Notes: a model not told the origin generated them from the sequence alone. A stretch of 64,000 nt of DNA from Chlamydiales bacterium (GCA_965206695.1 CBDBKM010000013.1:32001-96000), one strand, 5' to 3'. Shown: positions 10,974-21,880, counted from the stretch's first letter. Made by a program: numbers and translations.

Positions 10974-11837
10974 TCAATGCGGTATGCGGTAAGTATTATT
11001 AGTACCTCTAATAGGTACGTTAATAATAACATAGTCTCGAATAGGATCTTGATTTTCTTCAAATTGTTTTCCGGAAAAGGCTTGTTTAGGCTCTTCTTTA
11101 CACAATGTAGCTTTCATGGTAGCTTTCATGTTTTTAAGGAATTGTCCTAAAGCTTTCCCTGTTCGATCGATAACCGGTTGGCTTGACTTTTTTGCAAATT
11201 GCATAAGACGTTGGTCTCGTGCTTTTTGCTTTTCGTTAACTTGAACACGTAATGCATGTAAATCGCTAACTAGACGAGTGACAGACACCCATTTTCTAGT
11301 ATGCTTTCGCTTATACTTTTTAGCTAAGCATGGAGCTACTACACTAAGAAAGTCATATTTTCGCATTTTGCAGGGATTTTGATGGAATTCGTAACACTTT
11401 TGTAACTTTTTTGCACCCCTTATCGCTTCTTGAATTAAGTCGCAGCAAAGAAGAAAAGGATCGCTTCTTTTGGAATGCATGAGTTGTTGGACGACAGAGT
11501 GAACAACACCTTGAATAATTTCTAAAGAATGTACCCTTCGCTCTTCTATCCTTAATTTTCTTAGTTTACAGCTTTTTATGCCTAAAGAACGAGCTAATCC
11601 ATTTTCTTCAACACCTAATCGATAGTAACCATTGGAATCTTTATATAGGTAAGGCTTACTGGTTGTATTAGGTACTTTTGAGAGATCGTGTAATATTGCG
11701 GACGCATCAAAATCTCTTTTTACATCGACTTCTTTGCTCTCGCTTTTCTTTTCTATTTGAGAGATAATAGGATGATAAAAATCCTTTTGTCTTTTATTTA
11801 AGTAACAATATTCATTAAAATCTGTATTTACAGACAT
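10974..11837 (-). CDS. Orphan basic helical protein, paralog B
   Basis: 287 aa; differs from paralog A by clustered substitutions and three in-frame indels. Confidence 0.8.
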   Translation of the reverse strand: MSVNTDFNEYCYLNKRQKDFYHPIISQIEKKSESKEVDVKRDFDASAILHDLSKVPNTTSKPYLYKDSNGYYRLGVEENGLARSLGIKSCKLRKLRIEERRVHSLEIIQGVVHSVVQQLMHSKRSDPFLLCCDLIQEAIRGAKKLQKCYEFHQNPCKMRKYDFLSVVAPCLAKKYKRKHTRKWVSVTRLVSDLHALRVQVNEKQKARDQRLMQFAKKSSQPVIDRTGKALGQFLKNMKATMKATLCKEEPKQAFSGKQFEENQDPIRDYVIINVPIRGTNNTYRIPH

Positions 11838-12323
11838 CTTTTAACCTCTAGGCTTTATTATTTAGTTAATACTATTTAGTTAATAAAACCCCTCTATAAC
11901 GTTATCAATTTTAACAAACAACCAATTAAAGTGAAATGCTATGGATTATTTTAATAAAGACAACTTATTCAACGCCCTTCCAACATCGAAGTGCAATAAA
12001 TAGAAGGAATTTGAAAATGGCCAAATGCCGATAAAATCTCTATAGTAAATTTTTGCAAAAAACAAGACTAATGGAGGAGTTTTTTTATGCCTAAAGTCTA
12101 TCGGTATTTAACCTATGAACAAAGATGCTAAATATATACTTTAAAAAAAAGAGGAGATTCTATTGAGGACATTTCTCAAGAATTAAATATTAATAAGACT
12201 ACTATTTATCGAAAATTAAAAAGAAACAGCTATGACGGCAAATATATTTATATTGCGGCACAAATCAAAGCTAAAAAAAGGCGTTTAAAAGCGAGCAGTA
12301 AAGTAAAGAAAATGACCACAGAA

Positions 12324-14091
12324 CCGACATTCCTAGACCGTAAGATATTTTTTTTGAATTAGAATTATAGATTGCCTATCCTGTTACTTTTTATTTGATA
12401 CAAGGAGAAAAGTTATGCCGGAAGTTGCAGGAGATAATATTCAAACAGTGAACATGGATCACCATGGATTAATTGCAGCACTTTGCAGCGATCTAAAAGT
12501 AGCGGAAAGGATTGATACCGGATTAAAAAATCATCCACAAAGAAAAGTAAGTGCGGGACAGGCAGTAATTGCAATGATTCTGAATGGATTAGGGTTTACT
12601 AATAGACGTCTCTACCTAACACATCAATTTTTTGCTTCTAAATCGATAGAGAATTTACTTGGCAACGATCTTCGAGCAGAAGATCTCACAGATTATACTT
12701 TAGGTCATGCTTTGGATGATATTGCGAAATATGGGAGCAGTAAATTATTTGCTGAAGTTTCTTTTGGAATAGCCCTAGACCATGATTTACTACAAAAAAC
12801 GCATCATCTAGATACAACAAGCTTTTCCGTTCATGGGTCGTATGAAGTGAAAGATGATCCGCAAGTGATTGAGATTAAGCAGGGTTATTCTAAAGATCAT
12901 AGACCTGATTTGAAACAAGTTGTACTTTCTCTCGTTACCAATGGTCCGAGTTCTATGCCTCTATGGATGGAAGCCTTAGACGGCAATAGTTCTGATAAAG
13001 CAAGTTTTCATGAGACGCTCAAAAAAATCAGTGAATTTCAACAACAGATTGATGTAAAAACAAAGTTTAAGTGGGTTGCCGATTCAGCGTTATACACAAA
13101 AGAAAAGCTCTTAAAAAATAATGATTATAAATGGCTCACCCGAGTTCCCGAGATAATAGGAGAAGCAAAAAGATTAGTAGAAAAACCGGAAGAAGAAATT
13201 GATTGGATTGATTAGGAGAAAGGATATAAAACATGCAGCTTCACCTCTTTTTATGGAGGGATTAAACAAAGATGGCTTTTGGTTTTTTCAGAGCAAGCCT
13301 ATCAGAGAGAGATAAAATCATTAGAAAAAAAATTGACCAAGGCAGAAGAAAAGCTCAAGAAACAACTTTGGCATTTGGGTAATGAGGAATTTAAATGCGA
13401 AAGTGATGCTAAAAAAGCTTGGGGCAGATTGACTAAAAAAAATCATTTATATTCCATGAATAGTGAGATATTGCCGATTCTAAAATATGGTAAATTAGGC
13501 AAACCTAAACAAGGAGAGGAAAAACAAGTTGTTGGATACAAGATTCATGCTAGCTTTGAAAGGGAAGAAGAAGAAATTAATAAACTGATGAATAGAAAAG
13601 GACGGTTTATTTTAGCTGCGAATGACACCGATAGAGAAAATTATAAAGATGAGATGATGTTAGAAGAATATAAAGAACAGCAAAAGGTTGAAGGAGGGTT
13701 TCGCTTTTTAAAAGATCCTTGGTTTATGGTTGATTCTATTTTTTTAAAAACCCCTCGACGCATTGAAGCATTAATGATGGTTATGACATTGTGTTTAATG
13801 GTTTATAATATCGGACAATATCAACTTCGACAAAAATTGATAGAAACAGAAGAGACATTACCCAACCAATTAGGAAAGGAAGTCAAAAATCCAACATTAA
13901 GATGGATTTTCCAAATTATGGAAGGTATCGGAATAATCCGTTTTTTTCAGAAGACTTCCCGGAGAATTTGTAAAGAAATGATCACAAATTTAACCCGTCT
14001 TCGGAAAAAGATTATTGTTTTGTTTGGAAAGACTGCAATGAGGATGTATGGCTTAATTAGAAAAACTTGTTTAGAGGTCTAGGAATGTCGG
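12324..14091 (+). mobile_element. IS1634-family element
   Basis: 16-bp TIRs CCGACATTCCTAGACC, 6-bp TSD ACAGAA (12318-23 / 14092-97). Confidence 0.92.
12415..14082 (+). pseudogene. IS1634 transposase with a single in-frame TAG (13213-13215)
   Basis: HLDTTSFSVHG, GYSKDHRPDLKQ, VADSALY, VEGGFRFLK; the two track ORFs are in the same frame. Confidence 0.88.
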
Positions 14092-14776
14092 ACAGAACTG
14101 CTTATAAAAATAAAAAAGAAATTGTTGTTACAATGGACTCCTGTCCAAATATCAGGCAGATTAAAAGAAAAAGAAGGTGTATGTGTATCAGCCATGACAG
14201 GATCTATTAAAGCAGGTCGAGGATGTATTCCGGACAGAATTGATATTGATACAAGACCCCCTATTATCGATGAAAAAATAAGAATAGGAGATTTTGAATT
14301 AGATACAATAATAGACAAAAATCACAAAGGAGCCCTTGTATCTATTGTTGCCGGAGCTTCTAAATATACAATGCTTATGAAGGTAAAATACAAATAAGCT
14401 CATGGTGTTGCTAATGCTTTAATTGAATGCTTAGAGCCTAATTAAGAGCAGCGCTTTACTTTGCTAAACCCTATCATTCCCGGGAGAGAGGATTGAATGA
14501 AGATACAAATGGATTAGTAAGGCAATATCTTCCTAAAAAGACAGATCTTTCAAAAGTGTCTAATAAAGAGATAAAAATAATAGAAAATGTATTAAATAAT
14601 AAACCAAGAAAAAATTCAAAGTTTAAAACACCTATAGAGGTTTTCAATCAAAGAAATTTGGAGTATAATAATGTACGAATTTGTTGCACTTCATCGAGAC
14701 CTAAAACTTGAATGATTTAAATAAAAAAGATAACCTATGGGCACTTTAAGATTAAAATTAAGAAAGAGGTGAACTT

Positions 14777-15218
14777 ATGGCTTATATCAATTATTCTGAA
14801 CAAGGAGATAGCCCACTTCAAAAGCTTCTTGGGCATAACGTTGAAGTCTTAAAAAATTGGGATCATTTGCTCGATACTTTCTATAAATTCTCAAGCTTCG
14901 ACCCTGAATTTCAAGAAGAAGTAAGAAGAGCTATTGCTTATCAGATAGGTTGTGCTTATTGCATGTCGCATGGATGTCCTTCACCTGTTATTACAGATAA
15001 AAATTATTACAGATAAAAAAACGAAAGTAGCTGTTAGTTTTGCAAGAAAAATAGCCCAAACCCAAATTCAGATCTCCGAAGATGATATCAACCAACTCAA
15101 AAAGTTTTTTAATGACAAAGAAATTGCCGAATTATGCGCATTTATTGCCTTCGGAACAGGCTATGCTCGTTTTGGAGTAACTCTAAATGTCGATGTTAAA
15201 ATCTCAGAAGAGGTTTAA
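14777..15218 (+). pseudogene. Carboxymuconolactone decarboxylase/AhpD-like protein, frameshifted
   Basis: E..R..IA...GCAYCMSHG motif; a 16-bp tandem duplication at 14988-15019 shifts the frame. Confidence 0.75.
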
Positions 15219-15237
15219 ACCACCTCGTCTGTAAATT

Positions 15238-15490
15238 ACTAAACTTTTATGATAATAGTAATGATTGCAGAAGGCATCTCCTTGTCATGAGAATTTTTGT
15301 CTGTTTCATCCCAATTTCAGAATTGCTAGCCATTGTGCTCCTCCAATTGGTTTTGAGAGTTGATGGATTGAGCACTTTGTGCAATGAATCTGCAAACCTG
15401 CTTCTTGTTTTGTCATTTCAAATTTAAATCCTAAAGCCTTGAGAGGTTCCCAAACTTTATAAACAAAGCTTTCTAAATATGATCTTCCAT
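15238..15490 (-). pseudogene. Decayed gene, possibly ATC-hydrolase-like family
   Basis: Fragments LQIHCTKC and MKQTKILMxGDAFCNHYYY; several frameshifts. Confidence 0.35.
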
Positions 15491-15968
15491 ATTCTTGCGA
15501 ACATTACACCAACGTTGATATTCCTCCTTTCTTACTACATTGCCGGTTAATTTCGCGAAAATAAGCGCTCATGAAGCCCTTTATGAATGATGGTATTCCT
15601 AAAGCGGCATACGGTTGTTTCATCCGGCGTATCATCTTCTACCTCAAAATCTATGAATAACATAAAGTCCTAACGGAGTCTTAAGGCTTCTTCTAAAGCA
15701 GGGTCGCTTAAGCTGTGCCGGTGACCCAATATCGACTTAAACCCGGCAAGATTATCATAAGCTTTGGGGCCACCTTGAGGGTTCATTTCATTTTTATGTA
15801 TACCTTTTAGTAAGGATCGACTGGGTTGCCAATCAATGATGTGATGCTTTGCACTCATAATAAAAAAAACGGCTCATCCTTCAACTTCCCAAAATAAATG
15901 AAAAAAAAGTATAGATAATCAATGAATTTTTTAAAAATTATTATCAGGAATCAGCTATGCAGAAGTCT
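15490..15968 (-). mobile_element. IS5-group transposase remnant with left TIR
   Basis: IDWQP..GGPKAYD..HSLSDPALEEALRLR; TIR AGACTTCTGCATAGCTGA at 15951-15968, related to the MITE at 46924. Confidence 0.75.
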
Positions 15969-16005
15969 TATGCTAGTTACAAGAAATAAAATATTAAAAA
16001 AGAGT

Positions 16006-16776
16006 TTATTTCTTTTCTTCTAAAATCTTTTTAGCCACTAAAGATAACATTTCCCAGTGGGCAAGTAGTTTCTCTTCTTCAATAAGAGAAGTTTTAAAAT
16101 TACTCGCTCCAACATAATGAAAGCCGATAAAATCTATAGAGGTTTTTTTTAATGCTTGCTGCATATCATGAAGATTATGTAGTTGATCATCGATGAAAAT
16201 AATCATGGGAGGATAATGTTTTACTTCTCTTAAAAAAGCTTCTAAAACAATACTTTTAGGATTACTTATCCCATTAGTAAATAAAATACCCCTTCCATAT
16301 CTTGGATAACTATTAAAATCAGAGGGCAAGTAATCAAAATGAATATTATCGATTGATGAGAAGGCCTTTGAAAAATCAATTCCAAGGCGTAATAACTCTT
16401 CAATTCTCCAATTAGCAACATCTGTACTATGCCCTAAATCTCCAATGATCGTTGCTGTTAAAGCAACTAGTTTGATATTTTGCTTTTGCAAATTCTCTAT
16501 TATTTTAGGAGTATCGGGTTCAATTAAGGTTGATGTGGACCCTCTCATTATAAGATTCGCAATCAGATTTTTTTCTTCTTTTGACCACTTCTTACTCAGT
16601 TCCTGTAGCTTGGAACGATGGGCTTGAATATTAGGCGTTTGAAAAGCTTCGTTATCCGGTAGTGTCAGCACCTGATCAATATCAAAAACCCCTAAAGCAT
16701 CAAGATTATTTGATAGATGGCCAACAACCTCTTTGAGAGATTGGATTTCAATAATTTCTGAATCAGTCAATGACAT
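16006..16776 (-). CDS. DUF2608-family HAD-like protein
   Basis: VFDIDQVL, VALTA, GILFTNG..K and IIFIDD motifs. Confidence 0.75.
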   Translation of the reverse strand: MSLTDSEIIEIQSLKEVVGHLSNNLDALGVFDIDQVLTLPDNEAFQTPNIQAHRSKLQELSKKWSKEEKNLIANLIMRGSTSTLIEPDTPKIIENLQKQNIKLVALTATIIGDLGHSTDVANWRIEELLRLGIDFSKAFSSIDNIHFDYLPSDFNSYPRYGRGILFTNGISNPKSIVLEAFLREVKHYPPMIIFIDDQLHNLHDMQQALKKTSIDFIGFHYVGASNFKTSLIEEEKLLAHWEMLSLVAKKILEEKK

Positions 16777-16806
16777 AAAAACCGTTAAATCACAACATCT
16801 TATTAA

Positions 16807-18678
16807 TTATTCAAGCAATTCTAAAATACTTTGTTTTACAATATCAAAACCATTTTGGGTAAGAATAGATTCAGGATGAAACTGGAAAGCAGAAAAATTT
16901 GTTGTCTTATAGGCGTAGATTTCTTTCGTAGACTTATCTAAAGAAATCTCCTCCAATTTCTGTTTGGCTTTTTTAGAAAACTCAGCATAAAACGCATTAT
17001 AAAAACCAACTTTTTCCTTCTTGCCATAAAGAAGAATCTCTTTCTGTACACCTTGTAGAGGTTTTTCTTTTCTGACTAAGTCAAAACCTAAATATCTTGA
17101 AAGTAATTGAAGCCCAAGGCAAATACTTAAAAATTTCTTCTCAGACTTTATAAGATTATGAATGATCTGTAATACTTTTTGCATTTTAGGCGTATTAGTC
17201 GTTGGATCACCGGGACCGGGGCCCAAAATCACCAGATCCTGTTCACCTAGCTGCCAATCTGCAAAACTTTCAAAGGAGACAACATGAACTTCAGCACCAA
17301 GACATTGAAGCATATGCCGTAGCATATATACAAAATCATCTTCATTATTAATGATTAGAAATCGTTTTCCTAAAACTTTAGGATCTTTTAATTTTTTTTT
17401 ATTTTGATGTAGTAGCCAAAATTTTGAGAGATTTTGATTGCGTTCAAACAGTTTAGTTTGCACCTCTTCATCCTTCTCTAACATAGGAAGATAGCCGGGT
17501 CGTTTGACAAAATCATTTTTTATTAAGCTATTGATAGAACCTTTTAATTTGGCATCGGTCTCTTTTACTTCTTTTTCCGGAATAGAGTCTTTTACTAAAG
17601 TAGCTCCTACTCTAATACTAAATTCACCATTAGCTAAAATTTCCTGAGTTCTAATGGTAATAGCGGAATCTAAAAATGGCTCACCTGTATGGCTGCGCCC
17701 TAGCATTACTATAGCACTACTATAATAACTTCTAGTACCTTTTTCATAGTTATAGAGAACTTTACAAGCATTTCCCATCGGGCTACCTATCACTGTAGGA
17801 GCAAACATAGAATTTTTAAATAATTCGATCACCCCTTGGCAACCGGTTCCCATAAGTAGATATTCCGTATGGATAAGATGTGACATCTCTTTTAAAAGAG
17901 GCCCGATAATCGTCCCTCCATCAGAACACATCTTAGACATCATTTTAAGTTCTTCATCCACCACCATGAAAAGTTCATCGATTTCTTTTTCGTCAGATAA
18001 AAAAACAAGTAGGTCTTTTTTCATCTCTTCCGGATCGCTGTAGCTTTCCTTCTTCCTAAAGGTTCCACTAATAGGATTCATTTTAATTTTCTCTGATTCA
18101 ACAGTAAGGTGTCTTTCAGGAGTGGCTCCAATAAAAAAGGTGTCTCCATCAAAAAACAGGAACTTCCAATAGCAACCATATTCGAAAGCTACTAAACGTT
18201 TAAAAATAGAAAGAGCCTTATTTAACGAAAATTCCTTAATGGTACCGGAACATTTGCGAGGGGTGACAAAACTTGACCCCTCTCCTCCTCCAATTTCAAC
18301 ATCGACTATTTGGCGAATGATCTCGGCATATTTTTCTTCGGTATAATCATAACTTAAACCGGACTCTATTTCGATCTGTTCATCGGGTAGAATTTCTAAA
18401 ATTTCTTTAATGGAAACTTTTAGAGCTTGATGGATTTTGATAGAGCTGATCTTTTCATCATTATTATGAGCAACAAATCCTCTCTCTCTAATTTGAGAAA
18501 AAGGAATCATACTAATACTATCGTAAACCAAATGCCCTTCGTCATGTCGGCTTTTTTCTGAAATAGGTAATTCTGATAGTTGATTTAATTTAAGAGCCTC
18601 TCCTTCAACAAGAAGCACATCGCTCTTATCTTCCATTTGAATCAGGCAAAAAGGCTTTGTTAAATTAAAATCAAGCAT
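16807..18678 (-). CDS. trpE(G): Fused anthranilate/ADIC synthase (PhzE-type MST domain + GATase)
   Basis: GATPERH, MNPISGT, ELFMVVDEELKMM, HTEY, MFAPTVIGSP; GATase GPGPGDP, SICLG, QFHPES. Confidence 0.85.
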   Translation of the reverse strand: MLDFNLTKPFCLIQMEDKSDVLLVEGEALKLNQLSELPISEKSRHDEGHLVYDSISMIPFSQIRERGFVAHNNDEKISSIKIHQALKVSIKEILEILPDEQIEIESGLSYDYTEEKYAEIIRQIVDVEIGGGEGSSFVTPRKCSGTIKEFSLNKALSIFKRLVAFEYGCYWKFLFFDGDTFFIGATPERHLTVESEKIKMNPISGTFRKKESYSDPEEMKKDLLVFLSDEKEIDELFMVVDEELKMMSKMCSDGGTIIGPLLKEMSHLIHTEYLLMGTGCQGVIELFKNSMFAPTVIGSPMGNACKVLYNYEKGTRSYYSSAIVMLGRSHTGEPFLDSAITIRTQEILANGEFSIRVGATLVKDSIPEKEVKETDAKLKGSINSLIKNDFVKRPGYLPMLEKDEEVQTKLFERNQNLSKFWLLHQNKKKLKDPKVLGKRFLIINNEDDFVYMLRHMLQCLGAEVHVVSFESFADWQLGEQDLVILGPGPGDPTTNTPKMQKVLQIIHNLIKSEKKFLSICLGLQLLSRYLGFDLVRKEKPLQGVQKEILLYGKKEKVGFYNAFYAEFSKKAKQKLEEISLDKSTKEIYAYKTTNFSAFQFHPESILTQNGFDIVKQSILELLE

Positions 18679-18817
18679 TTATCTTTAAGTCTCCATTCTT
18701 CGTTGTATGTATTTAATGTTTTTAATTCAATGATTTGAATGGAAGATCTTTTTTTCAAGTCAAAACACTAAATACAAATAACTTAATAATCCTTCTTTAG
18801 GAAATTAGAATTGTCTA

Positions 18818-19705
18818 TGAACCTATCCCACTAATTTATCTATCCAAAATTTAATCAACGCCGGAGTTAAAAACCCTTTCCAATACTTCATCTTTCTTTC
18901 CCAACGGATAACGACTTTTCGAAACTTTCTTTGTAGCCATGAAATAGCTCTCTCTACTTGCCATCGTTTACGCTTTATCATCGCCCTAATTTTTTTAGGA
19001 GCTTTCTGTCCGGGCTTTTTTCGTCTACAAATCCATGGAAAAATACCCCTTATCAAAAGAGCCTCTCGTAAAGACTCTGAGTCGTAGCCTTTATCCGCTT
19101 CAAAAATAGGTATGAGATTACGATGCTTCCACCTATTTTGTACTCTATTAATCAAAGGGATGATTTGTTTCCTCTCGTCTCCATGGGCTCCTGTAGCGAT
19201 AAGAGCAATAGAAGAGCCATATCCGTCTACAAGTAAATGTCCGGTAACTTCTTTTCCCTTATAGCCGTACGTAACTTCTTCTCCGCCACCCTTACCTCCT
19301 GAAAACAAACCCATCACCGGCTATTCGTTCCCAATTGAATAAGTTTTTCAATTCGGCCAAGGATAATCCGGCACTTAGTATAGCATCCAAAGTCCCGTCC
19401 TCTTGCCAAAACACCCAACCGGCTATGAGAAGTGGTTCTTGCTCCCCAAGCTTCACCTTTTGGGAGGTCGCACCAACGACTACCTGTTATTAAAATCCAA
19501 AATATTGAATGGCATACCTTTCTCCAAGATGCATGAGGATATCCTTTAGATCTTTTCTCCGGTTCTTGAGATACTAATGGTGCTAAGAACGACCATTGAC
19601 TATCTGTTAACCCTTCAAATTTAGACATTTTTTCTCCCCTTTCATAATTTATGAAAGGGGAGCATACCAAATACAAATTTAAATTACATTAATGGGATAG
19701 GTTCA
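18818..19705 (-). mobile_element. IS5-family two-ORF element, frameshifted
   Basis: TIRs TGAACCTATCCCA; LTDSQW..IFWILITGSRWCDLP and EADKGYDS..RWQVERAISW; extra frameshift near 19410. Confidence 0.85.
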
Positions 19706-19784
19706 TCTAATAAAAAGAAAAATATTTCTTAAGTTCATGATAACCAACAATTAATTGATTGGTAATATTTAGATTTAATATCTT

Positions 19785-20880
19785 CGCCCTTTCAACATCG
19801 AAGTGCAACAAACCGCTACAAATTAAACTTGTCTGAAGGTGGTAAAAAATCTCCTATGGTAAACGTAAGAAAACCAAGGAGGAAAGATGCCAAACGGCTA
19901 CCGTCACTTAAACAAAGACAAGAGATGCCAATTGTATACCTTAATAAGAAGAGGAGATCCTATCACCTTAATTTCCAATGAGTTAAACGTAAATCGATCG
20001 ACTGTTTATCGCGAGCTAAAACGAAATTGTGGAAAGCGTGGATATCGGTATCAACAGGCTCAAGAGAAGGCTTTAAAGAGACGAGGCTCAAAAACTCAAC
20101 AACGAAAGATGAGCAGTGTAATGATTGCCATTATCGAAGAGAAGTTAAGCGTGCAGTGGAGCCCCGATCAAATATCGGGATGGCTGAAGAAGAAAGGGTA
20201 TCAAGAAGCTGTAAGCCATGAGACAATCTATAACTATGTTTGGGAGGACAAAAAAAGAGGAGGCTTGTTGTATAAACACCTTAGACATAGTGGGAAGAAA
20301 TATAACAAGCGAGGTAAAAATAGGGCCGGACGAGGATGTATTCCCGGACGGACAGATATTTCTGAAAGGCCTGATATCGTAGAGAAGAAAACTCGTTTAG
20401 GCGATTGGGAACTAGATACAATCATAGGAACAGAAGGGAGCGGAGTCATTGTCTCAATGGTCGAAAGAGTCTCAAAGCTAACAAAACCGGAAAAAGTCTC
20501 GCGTAAAACCGCTGAGGAAGTAAAGGATGCGCTAGTAAACAGGTTAAGACCGGTCCAAAAATTTGTCATGACATTAACTGCTGACAACGGGAAAGAATTT
20601 ACTTACCATAAACAAGTGAGCCAATTACTTGAGACAAGTTTTTACTTTGCTACCCCCTATCATTCGTGGGAGAGAGGGCTGAACGAGCATACGAATGGAC
20701 TCGTTCGACAATATCTCCCTAAAAATAAACGGTTTGATGAAGTCTCAGCAGGTAATTTAAAAAAGGAGAACTTGCTTAACAATAGACCCCGAAAAGTGTT
20801 AAACTTTTCAACACCGGAGGAGGTGTTTAACCGTCTCAGTAAGGAAGCAGCGAGTGTTGCACTTCGATGTTGAAAGGGCG
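19785..20880 (+). mobile_element. IS30-family element A, complete
   Basis: 26-bp TIRs, CTT target duplication (19782-84 / 20881-83). Confidence 0.95.
19887..20873 (+). CDS. IS30 DDE transposase
   Basis: HTH, GDWELDT, ADNGKEF, WERGLNEHTNGL, RPRKVL; 328 aa. Confidence 0.93.
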   Translation: MPNGYRHLNKDKRCQLYTLIRRGDPITLISNELNVNRSTVYRELKRNCGKRGYRYQQAQEKALKRRGSKTQQRKMSSVMIAIIEEKLSVQWSPDQISGWLKKKGYQEAVSHETIYNYVWEDKKRGGLLYKHLRHSGKKYNKRGKNRAGRGCIPGRTDISERPDIVEKKTRLGDWELDTIIGTEGSGVIVSMVERVSKLTKPEKVSRKTAEEVKDALVNRLRPVQKFVMTLTADNGKEFTYHKQVSQLLETSFYFATPYHSWERGLNEHTNGLVRQYLPKNKRFDEVSAGNLKKENLLNNRPRKVLNFSTPEEVFNRLSKEAASVALRC

Positions 20881-20944
20881 CTTTAATTTAATTGTTTTTT
20901 TTTTAATTATCTGATAATAAGGTTGATTATTTTTAAAGAGTAGA

Positions 20945-21880
20945 TTGATGGATAATCGTGATATTGAAATAGCTTTAGAAGAAGCAATGGCTTTGGCTCA
21001 AGAGAATTTCGAGGGCTATGTGGTCTCCTATATCTCAGAACTGGCTAGTGTCCCTCCGAATCAGACAAGTGCTGCTGTTTATCTAAATAACGGTACCCGG
21101 CTGTTGTCAGGAAATGTGGATGATCATATTCTTACGATGCAGAGTGTCGCTAAGTTAATCCCGTTAATAGGTCTCTTAGAGGAATTTGGTTCTGACAAAG
21201 TTCTATCTTGGATAAATGTAGAGCCATCAGGGCAATCATATGCTTCTTTGGCCCGATTGGATGGACTGGGTCCTACTCCATCAAACCCTATGGTGAATGC
21301 CGGAGCAATTATATTATGTGATCGGATATCCGGAGATATTCAAACAAAGCTTGACTGGTTGGATATGTGGATTGAAAAACTTTTTAATCAAAAGCTAAGC
21401 ATTAATTTATCCGTCTATAATTCCGAGAAAAAGACCGGTGATAGAAATCGAGCTTTAACCTATTTAATGAAAAGTACCGGAGTGGTTAATGGTGAGGTAG
21501 AAGAGATACTACAACTTTATTTTGCTCTTTGTTCTTATAATACCTCTGTGAAACAAGCCTCGCATTTTGCTATGTTACTTGCTAATAATGGCCTTAATAC
21601 TAATGGAGATCGTATTCTAACTATAGAAACGGTAAATCACATAGTAGCTCTCATGGCTACATGTGGTTTATACGATGAATCGGGTATTCATCTTTGGCAT
21701 ACCGGTATGCCTTCTAAAAGTGGTGTATCCGGCCTTATTCTCGCGGTGGCTGTTGGAAAAGCGGGCATCGCTGTCGCAAGCCCACGCATTAACTCAAAAG
21801 GAACGAGTATTCGAGGTGAAATCATCTTAAGACATTTATCCAATAAGCTAGACTGGCATTTCGCGCAAAAAAATCACTAA
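20945..21880 (+). CDS. glsA: Glutaminase A
   Basis: YISELA, TMQSVAK (S-x-x-K), EPSG, NPMVNAGAI, CGLYDESG, PSKSGVSG. Confidence 0.92.
   Translation: MMDNRDIEIALEEAMALAQENFEGYVVSYISELASVPPNQTSAAVYLNNGTRLLSGNVDDHILTMQSVAKLIPLIGLLEEFGSDKVLSWINVEPSGQSYASLARLDGLGPTPSNPMVNAGAIILCDRISGDIQTKLDWLDMWIEKLFNQKLSINLSVYNSEKKTGDRNRALTYLMKSTGVVNGEVEEILQLYFALCSYNTSVKQASHFAMLLANNGLNTNGDRILTIETVNHIVALMATCGLYDESGIHLWHTGMPSKSGVSGLILAVAVGKAGIAVASPRINSKGTSIRGEIILRHLSNKLDWHFAQKNH

Larger units (their letters stand above)
8652..14628. repeat. Tandem duplication of a ~2.08-kb unit (8652-10733; 10734-14611 including IS1634)
   Basis: Both units hold terminator + orphan gene + degraded IS30-B; the 17-mer AAATTCAAAGTTTAAAA occurs at 8652, 10734 and 14612. 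Confidence 0.93.
11973..14694 (+). mobile_element. IS30-family element B, degraded copy 2, interrupted by IS1634
   Basis: Same lesions as 9870-10750; partial right TIR TTGTTGCACTTCA near 14681-14693. Confidence 0.88.

Noticed and set aside
8895..11837. Diversity-generating retroelement TR/VR pair
   Set aside because: Differences are not adenine-specific and include in-frame indels; both copies are full genes; no reverse transcriptase is present in the window.
13213..13215. Programmed TAG read-through or recoding in the IS1634 transposase
   Set aside because: TAG is a normal stop in other genes here (e.g. aroK, nhaP); a simple nonsense mutation is more parsimonious.
18679..18817. trp attenuator or TrpR operator upstream of the fused synthase (also checked upstream of aroC/trpD)
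   Set aside because: No Trp-codon leader peptide, alternative hairpins or convincing operator palindrome seen.
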